From NCBI GenBank assembly GCA_030770535.1, contig JASVEC010000151.1, positions 1 to 40,622 on the forward strand: a stretch of DNA of 40,622 bases, read 5' to 3'. Positions 23,204 through 35,772 of the stretch are shown in pieces. This DNA comes from Batkoa obscura (lineage: Eukaryota). The first letter of the stretch is position 1, and the number at the start of each line of letters is the position of its first letter. The position numbers were made by a program, and so were the translations under genes. The notes beneath the pieces were generated by a model that saw only the letters and a program-made list of their open reading frames with translations, did no database searches and was not told where the DNA came from.

Positions 23204-25676
23204 ATGATGTCAAGGTATTAATGTAAAAGTATAGTTAATATTTTAATATTTTAAGATATGATAACAATGATAACAATGATAACGAAAAGAGCTCAGATCC
23301 ACTAGAATGGGTTGAGATAATGGATCCACAAAGTCATAATATTATTTACGCTAATCCAGTAATTTCTTATCAAACTAAATTTTGAGATAATAACTTAATG
23401 TTTAGGTAACCGGTGAATGTTCTTGGGAAAGGCCAAAAAAGGGATTTATGTAACTATTGTTAGGTTTAAGTTTTTATTGAAATTAACATTAGTTAGTAAA
23501 GAAAGATCACCAGAAGGAGAATGGTGGGAGTTATTTGATAAAAAACACAAATTACCATATTATTATAATACTGTATCAAAAAAAACTGTTTGGGTTAGAC
23601 CAAAAAGTGGGCTAATTATACCTTTGACAAAAATACAAGTAAATTTTATATGAATAACAAAAGATAAACAGTAACCAAAATCTAGAGTGTTGCATTAAAT
23701 AATAGAGAATCGACTCAAAGTGTAGAGAAAACCAAAAAAAACGAATCGAATCAGAACAAATTAAGAAATGAGAGCCCCAGAACACCAAAAGAAAGTTTTA
23801 AGGATAATGGTCCTTCAAGTCCTTCAACAAGAAGTATAAATAATCCAAGTCCAAAAACTAAAAGTGTTCCAATTTCTCCAAAAATGACTGATGGTTCAAG
23901 TGTTGATGCCTCACCTAAATCTTCGACTTCAAATATGTCTGGAAGATCATCATGTCAATTTAAATTAAAAGGTGTACAACCTGCGAAAGAAAGCCCTAAT
24001 AAACTTAAAAATGGATCAAATTTAACGATTGACTTGGTAAATGATACACAATTAATTTTGATCTTGTGATTTATCTTTATTAGCCGAAAAATGAAGAAAT
24101 AAGGCCTGAAAGTATGTTCAGTCCAGCATCTCAGAATGAATTGTCTGAAATAAAAGCTGAAACCCCTACCAAAAATCGAAATTCCTATTTGGAAACAGCT
24201 ACCAAATCTTCAGCAATAGCAGAGATCGCAAAGAAACGCGGGATCGGTAGCCCTAAACTAGATCTAGGTAAAAAAAACATAAAAAAACATAAACTAAAAC
24301 TAGGTTAACACTTTAAAATAGAGGCGGCTAAACAAATGTCACCATTAATAATAAAAGATGATGACAAAGGATCTACTCATACCTCAACGTAATTTAATTT
24401 GTACCTCTCTTCTTTTTAATAACATTAATTTTAGTCCAAAATCATTACCACCTGGATTAAAACAAGATATAAACCAATTTCAAATTGATGGCTTTGCCAA
24501 AAGGTTCTTCTCGACTCATAAAAAAGGATTGTTTCGTAAAAAGGTTCCTTTAGAAAAAATGCTTACATGGACTGATGTAAGTCAACTAATAATGCATATA
24601 TATATTATACTAATATATCTTAGGAAAGCATCAGTCAACCTTTAATGGCAATAAATAGAGGTTTATACAAGGATGCCTTAAAGAGCTTTAAATTAATACA
24701 AAGAGTTATGGGAGATCGTAGCAAAGGGAAGAGTAATAGTGATAACGGAGACATACAATGGTTAATTGAAAGGGGATTAAATGAAGGAGAAATCAGAGAT
24801 GAAATTTATGTACAAATTGTAAAACAATTAACAGAAAACCCCAGTTTAAAAAGCCAAAAAATAGGATGGGAGTTGATTTCTGTATTACTTCTATGTTTCC
24901 CGCCATCAAAAAATTTTGAAAATTATTTCAAGAGCTTTGTTAGTTTAGGCAGATCGCACGAATCTGAAGAAATAGTTACAATAGCTAAATATTCATTAAT
25001 TAAACTAGATCGTATATGTAAAGTTGGACCCAAAGGGAAGGCATTAAGTCTGCCTGAAATTGAACAAGCCAGAATAGCTGCTTTCCATCTTTCTGTATTT
25101 GGGGAATCTTTAGACACTATTATGGAACATCAAAAAGAATACCACCCAGATTTAATATTGCCAAGGGTTTTACCATTCTTGACAGATTCAGTTATGAAGC
25201 TAAACGGTCATCGTAGCGAAGGTATATTTAGGGTGCCTGGTGACATGGAAATGGTAGCAGAGCTAAAGCTTAGGATTGATAAAGACAATTATGAAATTGA
25301 AGGAATCACGGATTGTAATGTTCCAGCCTCACTGCTCAAACTATTTCTAAGAGATTTAGAAGAGCCATTGATACCTTCTAAGTATTATGATGATTGTTTA
25401 AAAGCAAGTAAAAAGTGTGAAGATGCGATTAAGATCATCGGAAGCTTACCAGAAGCAAACAAAAAAGTTGCCCAATTTGTAATTAAATTTTTACAAAAAT
25501 TTACAGATCCAGAAGTAATTTCAATGACCAAAATGTCTATACAGAATCTAGCTATGGTGTTCGCACCTTCATTTTTAAGATGTCCTAGTGATAACTTGAC
25601 TGAGGTATTTGCTAATTCCAAGTTGGAGCAAGAATTCTTAAAGGAGTTATTAGTCAATTATACTATTGAAGAATAA
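23204..25676 (+). CDS. ARHGAP39: WW-WW-MyTH4-RhoGAP protein (ARHGAP39/Vilse-like), multi-exon
   Basis: Spliced WW1 EWVEIMDPQ...YANP|VTGECSWERP; WW2 EWWELFD...YYYNTVSKKTVWVRP; MyTH4 RDEIYVQIVKQLTENPS...GWEL; RhoGAP EGIFRVPG...ASLLKLFLRDLEEPLIP...KMSIQNLAMVFAP; start ATG is tentative. Confidence 0.9.
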
Positions 25677-26058
25677 TCAATTCATTTTGTCATTGTTCTA
25701 TATATATCTAATTAATGTTTATAAATCTTTTATTTTCTTGTAAGATTCATTTCCCTTTCTTTTCATTTTTGTTGTCGTTTGTTTGAGTTCACTTTTCTGG
25801 TTTAATTGCAATGGAAGCTATACAATAAACTTTTTAGTATATGTTAAACGATAGCATAGTGAGCTAATATAGATAAAATAGTTCATTAGAATCAGATATG
25901 AAGAATAGTTAAAAAGATTAATAAAGTTCATAAAGTAGTTAAATTTATAAAAACAAATTTGCGATTTTTTATTTCATATTAATAATAAAGCTTTCTTTTT
26001 TGATAAATAAGTTTATTGAATCACAATAAAAAGGATAAGCACAGACATTCATCCACCT

Positions 26059-26414
26059 TTAATTTTTAACAGCTTGCTTTGCAGCTTCTTCTTTGGCGGC
26101 TTGAGCTTTCTAATAATTGTTAAGAAATTTCAATAATGATGAATTCCACTTACTAGATTTTTTTCGCGCATGATAGCAGCATCTCTAAATAAATTTTTAG
26201 CTTAATTTAGTCTACGTTTATATTATAAAGTCATCTTACTGTTCTTGGCGAGTTTTAAATGACTTTCCATCCTCTGAGGCTTTCTTTTGTTTATTTAATT
26301 GTGCTTGCTTCTTTTGGTTTTTGGCCCTAGCTAATTCCCTTTGGTTTCCTCCTATTATATAAAGCTATCTTAATATCTAGTTTATCTTTGTTTAATAAAC
26401 AATATACTTGTCAT
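26059..26414 (-). CDS. SERF: SERF/4F5-family small EDRK-rich protein (~66 aa, 3 introns; absent from the ORF track)
   Basis: Spliced MTR|GNQRELARAKNQKK...RQEQ|DAAIMREKNL|KAQAAKEEAAKQAVKN*; canonical MTRGNQRELAR and DAxIMR motifs; GT-AG introns. Confidence 0.9.
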
Positions 26415-26746
26415 CTTAATTAGTGATATACTCTAGTCTTGCAGTTTGGTGTTAATTGAATAAAATACAATTGTTTAAAATTTAAAAAAGAATGAAGTAC
26501 AAAACAATTCAAAAATTCTTTTTAGTTCCAAACTTTTACTTCATGTAACAAAAATTATCTTATTAGTGTTTTAAGTCAACTCACAGACTCAATTGATTAA
26601 TTTTTTTTCCACAAAATCTTTAATTTTAGGTTTGTTAAATGAAAAAAATTTAATAGGATAGATATTAGCTAGTAAATATAAAGCAATAGATTTTACTGTT
26701 TATCCAATGGTTTAGTAGTTTTAGCTTAATAATTTGTTTTCTACAT

Positions 26747-26843
26747 GGGGATGTATTTTTGTGTTTAAGAATTTTACTAACAAATTTTCCATTCAAATAG
26801 TGCTTAAAAAATAGAAAAGTAATGAAATCAAAAAAACATCCCC
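26747..26843 (+). mobile_element. MITE family A copy
   Basis: ACAT-GGGGATGTATTTTT...AAAAAACATCCCC-ATGT. Confidence 0.9.
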
Positions 26844-27144
26844 ATGTTATTTAATCGAAGGTATATTATTTAAGATAGTTCTTAAAAATGAGAGTACTCA
26901 ATTTCGCTACTTAAAAATCATTTCTGATTTTCTGTTCATATAATTTAAAATACTACTAGAATTAGTATTTTTAGTAGTATCTTCTAGTAATTTTTCAAAA
27001 TAGCTTTGTAATATATTAAATTTCTCAGCATTTTAGATGCTACAAACACATATAAGTAATCCCAAACCATCATCTGGATTTTAACCTGTTACACTCTTTT
27101 GTTTAGAATAACATAAATAAATATTGACAGATTTAGTTAACTCG

Positions 27145-27607
27145 TGTGAAATCTGGTACTCAGTGATTGGATTCAAAAACAGCTATTGCCTGGTTGACTA
27201 TACTATAATTCGAAAGGTCTTAGTTTATGTGACTAAGATAGACTTGGGTTATGAAGAATAGCATGTAATAGGCTACGGACTATGTAAGACAAATAGAATA
27301 GACAATACTAACATAAAACCTACGTAAAATACTATTAAGAAAACTTGGTGGCTTTATTAAATGTTCGAGATATTAGGGAATAATTCAGTTAAAAGCCTTG
27401 AACTACTATACCCTGTAAACTCTTTTATACTCTGAAAAATATAAATATCAAAATGAGAAGATAATATTCTTTGGGATGGAGCTAGAAATTCTCATAGCAA
27501 ATCAAACTAAGAACGTGGAACTGATTTTCTCCGAACTCGAGAACACAACAGCTTAGGCGATTGTTATGCTATAATTAACCATGGGACTGACAAAGCGATA
27601 TTTCACA
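27145..27607 (-). mobile_element. Solo-LTR-like element (family B), long 463-bp variant
   Basis: TGTGAAAT...ATTTCACA termini; flanks CTCG/CTTG (4-bp TSD, one mismatch); carries a ~60-bp segment missing from the two youngest copies. Confidence 0.9.
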
Positions 27608-27780
27608 CTTGACACAAAGTAACCCTTCTAGGCCTTTTCAACCTAAATGGATCGATTTAGAAAGTACCCATCAATAAAATAAATGTTTACCCATACCTTA
27701 GCTTATAGAAGCATGGTTTGTGACTTCTGATTTAAAATTTTGGCCTTTCTATTAAATAAGTAGAAATATGATGGGAATAT

Positions 27781-27877
27781 AGGGGTGTTTTTTTGATTTT
27801 ATTATTTTTTCATTTTCTAAACGCTATTTGAGTAGAAAGATTGTTAGTAAAATTATTAAACACAAAAACAAAGCTCC
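27781..27877 (-). mobile_element. MITE family A copy
   Basis: ATAT-AGGGGTGTTTTTTTGA...AAACACAAAAACAAAGCTCC-ATAT. Confidence 0.8.
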
Positions 27878-28832
27878 ATATGATAGTTTTAGAATAATTT
27901 TACTATTTTAGTTATGCCTCAAAAGCTTTAAATCAGTTATTGCTTTTTAATGTTTATTTAATTAGGTTTACTTTTATAATTTTAATCTCTGCTCTTTCTT
28001 TCTGATTTCCTTTTATTGTATAGCACATTGTTAACAATTTTTGATGTTGATTTGATACTATATTATTCGGCACCTTAGTTATTGATATATAATTCTTTTT
28101 AATTACATGCTATTTAGATAAAGAAAATTGATTTTAAAATAAAAATAATGAAATATAAAATAGTTTATTAAAATCATAAGCAAACTATGAATCATCAATT
28201 TTAATAAAAGAATCTATAAACAAAGGAAGTTGTAAAAGTGGCTAATAAATTTTTTTTAAAGTGTAATAGTAGTAAATTAGTAACAGTGTAGTTCTATTGA
28301 ATAAAAACAAAAACTAAACACTTGTTTTATAAATTTAAATCTAGATAAAAAGCAAATATAAGTTGCCTCCAGTTATTTACTAAATATTTGATTTGTTAAG
28401 CATAGCACAAGCTATCAAGATGTATTAAAAGTTATTAATATCTTAAATAATAACGTATATTTAATAATTGTTATAAATGAAGCTTTATTTTTGTTAAATG
28501 ATAGTTCAATTATCTTAGCTGATGTTAATATTATTTTGAAGAACTGCTATCACTGAAAATCTAGTTTTTGTATCAAATTACAAAGCAAATATCCCAAAAG
28601 CGTTATTTATTTATTTCTATTTATTGATTTATAGCCAAAGGTATCAGAAAATTAAAGCTACTAGTCATTATAACAATGATATTTTTTAGGAGTTCTATAT
28701 TCTATGGTTTTAAATATTTGCTTTCGAACTTTAACGTTATATCGTGTTAAGATGTAAGTTGACACCTATAAAATCAATTATGTTATTTCAAACAGAGTAA
28801 CAGTTAATTAAATGCTTTATTAATTTATATAT

Positions 28833-29327
28833 AAAGATGTCTTTTTGGTTTCATTACTTTTTCCATTTTTTAAACACTATTTAAGTGGAAAATTATTAGC
28901 AAAATTCTTAAAAACACATCTGTGAAATCTGGTACTCAGGGTTTGGAGTCAAGAACAGCTATTGCTGGGTTGACTACACTATAAGTCGAAAGGTCTTAGT
29001 TTATGTGACTAAGATAGACTTGGATTATGAGGAATAGCACATAATAGGTTACAAGCTATATAAGACAAATAGAATAGACAATACTAATGTAAAATCTATG
29101 TAAAATACTATTAAGAAAACTTAGTGGCTTTATTAAATGTTCGAGATATCAGGGATTAATTCAGTTAAAAAGCCTCGAACTATTATACTCTGTAAACTCT
29201 TTTATACTCTGAAAAGTATAAGTATCAAAATGAGAAGATAATATTCTTTTGGGTGGAACTAGAAATTCTCATAACAAATCAAAATAATTAACCATGGGAC
29301 TGACAAAGCGATATTTCACACATCTTC
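28833..29327 (-). mobile_element. MITE family A copy split by a family B insertion in its terminal repeat
   Basis: MITE body 28833-28920 ends ACACATC; after the insertion it resumes CATC-TTC-ATAT. Confidence 0.75.
28921..29320 (-). mobile_element. Young solo-LTR-like element (family B), 400 bp
   Basis: TGTGAAAT...ATTTCACA termini; CATC TSD at 28917-28920 and 29321-29324. Confidence 0.9.
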
Positions 29328-29695
29328 ATATCCAAAAGATCTTTATTCCTTTCATCTGTTTACTTTAAAATACTACTGTTATTTATTATTAGTGTTTGAA
29401 CATATGTAAATAATTGAACTCAATTCTTTAGAATAACAAACAATTGAAATTCTGATTTTACCCAACTGACTCAATATTATATTAGCATAAAGTAAATTAG
29501 TAACTTTGATAAATTATTTTAAATTATATGCTCCAGCTTTTAAAAATAATGATAATAATTATGAAAACTTAATGCCAATTAAATTGAATTTCGCTATGAT
29601 TTATATAAACTATAAGATCAAAAATTTTGTTTTATCAAATTTAGCTGTAGTTAAATAAACATTATAGTAAAAGTAACCTAAAGTATTTAATATAT

Positions 29696-29795
29696 GAGAA
29701 TGTTTTTTTTTGACTTCATTGTTTTTTCCATTTTTTAGGCGCTATTTGAGCGGAAAATTTGTTAGTAAAATTCTTAAACACAAAAATACATCCCC
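29696..29795 (-). mobile_element. MITE family A copy
   Basis: ATAT-GAGAATGTTTTTTTTTGAC...AAAAATACATCCCC-ATAT. Confidence 0.9.
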
Positions 29796-30959
29796 ATATG
29801 GTTAATCAGAGAAATAAAGCTCAAAGTTAAAAAAATCAACTAAGAGGTTAATAAAATATAGATCGAAATGTTCAGCATTAATGTTTACAGTAATTGCAAG
29901 TAACTTGAAAAAGAGGTAAATGTTATTAGAATTATAGTAGTGTATCAAAAAAGTAAAACTCAAGTAGGTTTGATTAGAGTTACTCAAAGGTATATTGGAA
30001 GTAATCAAGAAACTACATAATTGATAGCTGTGTTTTTATAAAAGACCATTGTTGGTAGCAGATATCAATTAAATGAATGAAACAAAGAGGTAACCTTGTG
30101 ATTGGATGACGTGGCGCCACTAATAAGCTTATTTCTGCAATTTAACAGCCAAAAAAGACAAAATCAACCTAAGCACTCTTATATCATTGAAGAGAATGAA
30201 TAGTTGGGCAAGCATCAAAAGCTTTTTTATTTATGGAGACCTGAAGCAAAATCTAAAGAGTCAGAAAAAATGTTAAGTTTTATAATAGTATAAGTAGATA
30301 ACTACTAAAGTCCTAACTGTTAAATATCGGATGGTTTCAATTATTTAAATAAATAATTCAAACATATTTAGAATACATTCTCATATACACTAAAGAAATA
30401 GTTGACACAATTTAGCTGCCTCTTTCCTTCAAGTATGTAGATAATAGAGTCTACTTGGTATACATGGATTAAACTAGTAAGTGTGTATCCTCAAGGCAGG
30501 GGCACTTCATAATTTCACTGAACATGGTCATTAGAACAGAAATAGAAGTAAACTAGAGAAAAACTACAAAATCTACACACTTTCAATCGTACTATTTTTT
30601 AAGTTTTTTATTACTTTGTAAAGTTTGATTTAAGCAATCCCACTAAAACATATCTTTGATAAAAGTAGGGTTAAAGTCAATCAATAAAAACTTTTAAGTG
30701 TGACTTTGTAACTTTTATTTATAAAATAGAAAGTATCATAAATAATTATAAATATCGTTAACAAAAACAGTAGAAAAGAATATAAAAAGATAGATGACTT
30801 GCACCAAAATAGCAATATATCCAAGGAGATAGAAATATTGATTAGTAATCAATATTAAATAATAACATTTTAAAGTACTTAAAATGATCTAATTATCATA
30901 AATACTTTACTTTTAAAGTTATACTCCTATATACCGTCATCATCCTTTTATTATTTAAA

Positions 30960-31620
30960 ATTATAAAAAGTATAAAATAAATTATAAATGAAATGGTAGT
31001 ACAATAACTAATTCTTTTTTGTACCATAGGCATTTTAATTCAAAATTAGAATTATGTAAGCATTAATGTAATAGCAATCAATAAACAATAAATGTTTGGA
31101 ATCAATAAAAACGGAATTAGGTATAACAATTTAGTTATCAATACATTTAAATAGTCTGTTTAACATAGTTAAACAATATAACTTATCAAAGTTATTATAT
31201 TTTTTTGAAAACAACTGAACTATAAACGTTTTAGGAAAAAATATAAATAATATCTATATGAACGTTGATTAAAAATTAAAAAACATCCGAGAATCAACCT
31301 AAACATTTTTGAATGGCCATGGCAATTACTGTTTTGTAACGTTCTTACTCCTCAATTTCTATAACAATTTTGTAGTACTTGAAGTTTTATTAAGATGTAA
31401 GCTTATGCTGCTTTTTTTGATATAAATGATTATGGTTTCTTGAGTTACGTTTTAGTATCCCTAATTTGTTGAACATTAATTACTCCATTAAATTAAGTTT
31501 GAAGTTATAATTACTATTCAAAACAATGATAATTTCATTATCAATAGCTTTTATAATAGAAGCTTTGTATTTTGATGAAACTGGTATTTAATGAAATGTT
31601 TTATTAATGGGTTTTTTCTT
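30960..31620 (-). pseudogene. Highly decayed Ty3/Gypsy reverse transcriptase fragment
   Basis: Ordered minus-strand fragments: KKPINKTFH*IP (cf. PIxxxPYRIP), KTS/YYKI..EIEE*ERYKT (cf. DLxSGYYQIxIxExDRYKTAF), HIDIIYIFS*N (cf. YIDDIIIFSK), YYHFIYN (cf. YYRRFIxN). Confidence 0.5.
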
Positions 31621-32877
31621 ATCAATAAATGAATTGATAAAACTATTAAGGTTGATAGTATAAATAATTATTAACTAAACATGAAAATCATAATTGTAAA
31701 GCAATAAATTTGATACAAGTACAATGTCATCTGTTTGTGAAATTGCTATACTTCTAGTGTTTATTTTAACCTTGGTGTTATAGAAAGTCAAAGAATTTGT
31801 GTTTGTTTTGAATATGTTATGGAATTGAGAAGAGAACAACTATAAACAAATAGCCTATTAACTTGTATCAATATACTTCGGCAGCTACTCATTTACTTGA
31901 CTTATTTATAAACCGTGTTACTTCTAATATTGGTATTTAATCTAGATATTAAAACTAGTTTCAAAATCCCACAGAGTACTAAGCTTTGCTATTATCCCGA
32001 TTTTTGTTACTAAAAGTTGAGTATCCCTGTTGAATAAGTGAGTTGATAAAATCCAACAGGCTATTGATCATCAGATATTACAATTAAAAACAATAATAGT
32101 AAAATTTAACAATATCTGAAAACAATCATAATAAAATGGAATGCTAAAATTTCAAAATTATTAAATTCAAAATTTTACTATGATTTTTAATTGAAAAGCC
32201 AAATATCTACACTGTTATTGTTTTCATTACAAAGCTAAATAGCTAACATGATGAAATATATTTAGATCCTTTAGTGTAATTTAAGGTACCAGAAATAAAG
32301 TTTACAGTTATTAAAGTAACAGTGAGATCATAGGATCACATATCAAAGCCTTTCAGCTGTTATATTCAGATTGTCTGTAAACAAACTCAAATAAGCAATG
32401 AACTGTTAAAAATACTTTAGTAGTATTTGAAAAATAAAAGTTGGAAAATTAAAATAGTATGCCAACTGGTATTATATTTCTACAGAAGTATATTGGCCAA
32501 TATCAATTTGTCTAATAAAAAAACTATATAAAGTTGAGACATTATGTTAACCCTATTTCTTTAAGTTATTTTATCAAATTATTGAGTGAAACGCTTACTA
32601 ATTTCAAGTGAATAGGGATTTTTAAAGTTATTGATATCAAAAATAGCCAATATATTGCATCATTATCCCTTATAACTCATAGTTCTCCCAATAATCATTC
32701 CCTATAAAAAATAATAACAAAATCTAGTTATCCTTTAGGCTAAAAGCAGGACAATTAAGGGAGAGTAAGTTCTTTATCCCTGACTGAGCAAATTTTGAGT
32801 TATCAATCCAAAATATAGAAAGTTGCAACGTCATGGCCAATAAAATTTGGTCAGTTTAACTTATTATGCAAATTGGA

Positions 32878-32886
32878 ATGACTCAT
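32878..32886. promoter_or_regulatory. Candidate Gcn4/CpcA (AP-1-type) site
   Basis: Perfect ATGACTCAT about 145 bp upstream of the GlnRS ATG. Confidence 0.5.
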
Positions 32887-33029
32887 TAAGCTTAAGCTTT
32901 ATGCAAAACCCATAAAAGTTTCACAACAAATTAAAGGATCAAAAGAATTGTTCAACTCAGTTCAATCGATTTTATAAAACGAACTTAACAAACAAGCTTG
33001 AGGACAACATAAAATTTTTACAGAAAGCT

Positions 33030-35582
33030 ATGGACTCCCTTCAAGCCAAATTTGAATCCATTGGGTTATCTGAAACGAAAGCCAAAGATACTTTAAAAAA
33101 CAAGAAGCTTGCCCCTTTATTAGATAAAGTGATCGACTTGGCTTCCCTTTCTCCCGAAACTTTAAGTGAAAAAAAACATATAGGTAACAACTTGTATAAC
33201 TTAGCTACTACAATTACTCCAGACGCTACCAATCGATTGGAATTTTTGGTATCTAAAGTAGCTAATGAGGACTTAAGAACTTCAGAACAAATTTCAGCTG
33301 CTATTAAATATTGTGATAAATTATTAGTTGAAGAAGAGATTGATATTAATAAGTTTAATGAAACTTGTGGGGTTGGTAAGTTATTCTTTATTATATTATA
33401 GTTTTCATTTATTTACGTATTCCTCTAGGTGTTGTTGTTACCAAAGAACAAATAGAGCAAATAGTAACCAGAGTTATTGAAGAAAATAAGGAAAAGTTGA
33501 CAACCGAGCGTTATCGCTTTGTATTTCCTTTGCTTGCTATTTTACGTCAAGATTTTGTTTTAAAATGGGCTAATGGTGGGGATGTAAAAGCTGAACTGGA
33601 CAAACAAGCTTTAGCTTTACTTGGTCCTAAAGACGAAAGAGATGTTATTGTTAAAACTAAGGTAAGATATAAGCATCCATTGTAAAGCAATAGTTGATAT
33701 ATTATTTGTATAGGGAAAAGCTAAAGGAGGAGAAGGTAAAAAAGAAGCCAAAAAAGCCGAAACTAGTAAAATAGAAGAAAATAAAGATTCTAAAGTTATC
33801 GAAAAAGATCCTTCTCTCGCTTCTTTATCCATGTTTTATGAAGGTGAATTATCACGTTTACATAAGCCTGGAGGTAATAAACAAATCAAAGCCTCTATTA
33901 TGGAAGAACATCTTAAGCGTACCAAGGGTAAAGTAATTACTCGATTCCCACCAGAACCAAATGGATTCCTTCATATTGGACATGCTAAAGCTATTAATGT
34001 TAATTTTGGTTATGCTCAAGCTCATGATGGTATCTGCTATTTGAGATATGATGATACTAATCCAGAAGCAGAAGAAGAAATTTACTTTACTTCAATTTTA
34101 AAAGCAGTTGAATGGCTTGGGTTTAAACCATTCAAAGTAACTTATTCTTCCGATTATTTTGACCAACTTTACGAATTAGCAGTTAAATTAATTAAAGTTG
34201 GTAAAGCTTATATTTGTCATTGTACTGGAGAAGAAATCCATAAACATCGTGGCGGAGATGAAAAAGGACCTAGGAGTGAGTGCATTCATCGTAGTCGACC
34301 AATTGAAGAATCTTTAAAAGAATTTGATAATATGAAGTTAGGTAAATATAAAGAAGGAGAAGCTATTTTAAGAATGAAAATGGATATGCAGAGTGGCAAT
34401 CCCCAATTTTGGGATTTAGTAGCTTATCGTGTATTATACACACCTCATCATCGTACTAAAGATAAATGGTGTGTTTATCCAACTTATGATTTTACCCATT
34501 GTTTAGTTGATTCTTTTGAGGATATTACCCATTCTTTGTGTACTTTAGAATTTGTACAATCTAGACCTTCATACTATTGGCTATGTGATAGCTTAGAAGT
34601 TTATAAACCTGTACAATGGGAATATGGTAGATTAAACGTATCTAGTACTATTTTATCAAAGAGAAAGATATTAAAATTAATTACTGAAAAATATGTCAAT
34701 GGTTGGGATGATCCTAGGTTATATACTTTACCTTCTTTGAGAAGAAGAGGTGTACCACCAGCTGCTATTAACACTTTTGTTAGAGATGTTGGTGTTACTA
34801 CCTCAACTACTACAATTGATGTTAAACGTTTGGATAATTATATTCGTGATCATTTAAATGAAACAGCACCAAGAATCATGGCTATTTTGGATCCAATTAA
34901 AGTAGTTATTGAAAATTTACCAGAAAATTATTATGAAAGTATTACTGTACCAAATAAACCTAGGGATCCTAAAATGGGAGAACATCAAGTACCATTTACA
35001 AACACCTTTTATATTGACGCTAGTGATTTCAGAGTTGAAGATAGTAAAGATTATTTTAGGTTGGCACCAAATAAAACCGTAGGGTTATTATATGTTAATT
35101 GTCCGATTAGTTGCACATCTTATGAAGTAGATGAAAAAACTAATAAAGTTACATTAATCAAATGCCGTTATGAAAATGAAGGACAAATTAAAAAACCAAA
35201 AACATATATTCAATGGGTAGCCCATGCACCAAAACATCAATCTCCAGTTTCGATTGAGGAATTAAGAATATACAATCCATTATTTTTACATGAAAATCCA
35301 CAAGATAAGACTTTAGTACCAAATGGTTTCTTATCTGATGTTGATCCTAATTCATTAGAAATTAAAAAAGGCGCTATTGTTGAAACAGGTATCTTCCAAG
35401 CAATTGAAAATGTTTTGAAGGAAAAGAAAGAGAAAGATTGCCTTGAAGAAGTTCGTGCTCAATTTATTAGAGTTGGTTATTTCTGTTTAGATAAAGATAG
35501 TTTAATTCAGGATAAGATTGAAGATAGTAAACTTATCTTCAATCGTATTGTTACACTTAAAGAAGATACTAAAAAAGATTAA
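33030..35582 (+). CDS. GLN4: Glutaminyl-tRNA synthetase
   Basis: TRFPPEPNGFLHIGHAKA, DSFEDITHSLCTLEF, ILSKRK, GWDDPRLYTL; eukaryotic N-terminal domain; introns 33376-33428 and 33662-33713. Confidence 0.97.
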
Positions 35583-35622
35583 ATAAGTATTTTTAACAAA
35601 TTGAATGTTTTGCATTTTGTAT

Positions 35623-35646
35623 TTACTTTTACTTTTACTTTTACTT
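35623..35646 (+). repeat. (TTACTT)x4 microsatellite in the GlnRS 3' flank
   Basis: ttacttttacttttacttttactt. Confidence 0.7.
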
Positions 35647-35772
35647 ATTTTGAATTCTTAATACAAAATACTAAAATGATTATTTTTTATTGAAAAAAAA
35701 TAATATAAAAATTAAATATGACTAAAATACTAAAATTGTCTTCCAAAATTAGTAAATTGTTATTGAAATATT

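Noticed and set aside
4087..29795. Recurring ~100-bp repeat as a CRISPR-like array or ncRNA family
   Set aside because: Dispersed, both orientations, terminal inverted repeats and target-site flanks; no regular spacers or cas genes; eukaryotic context
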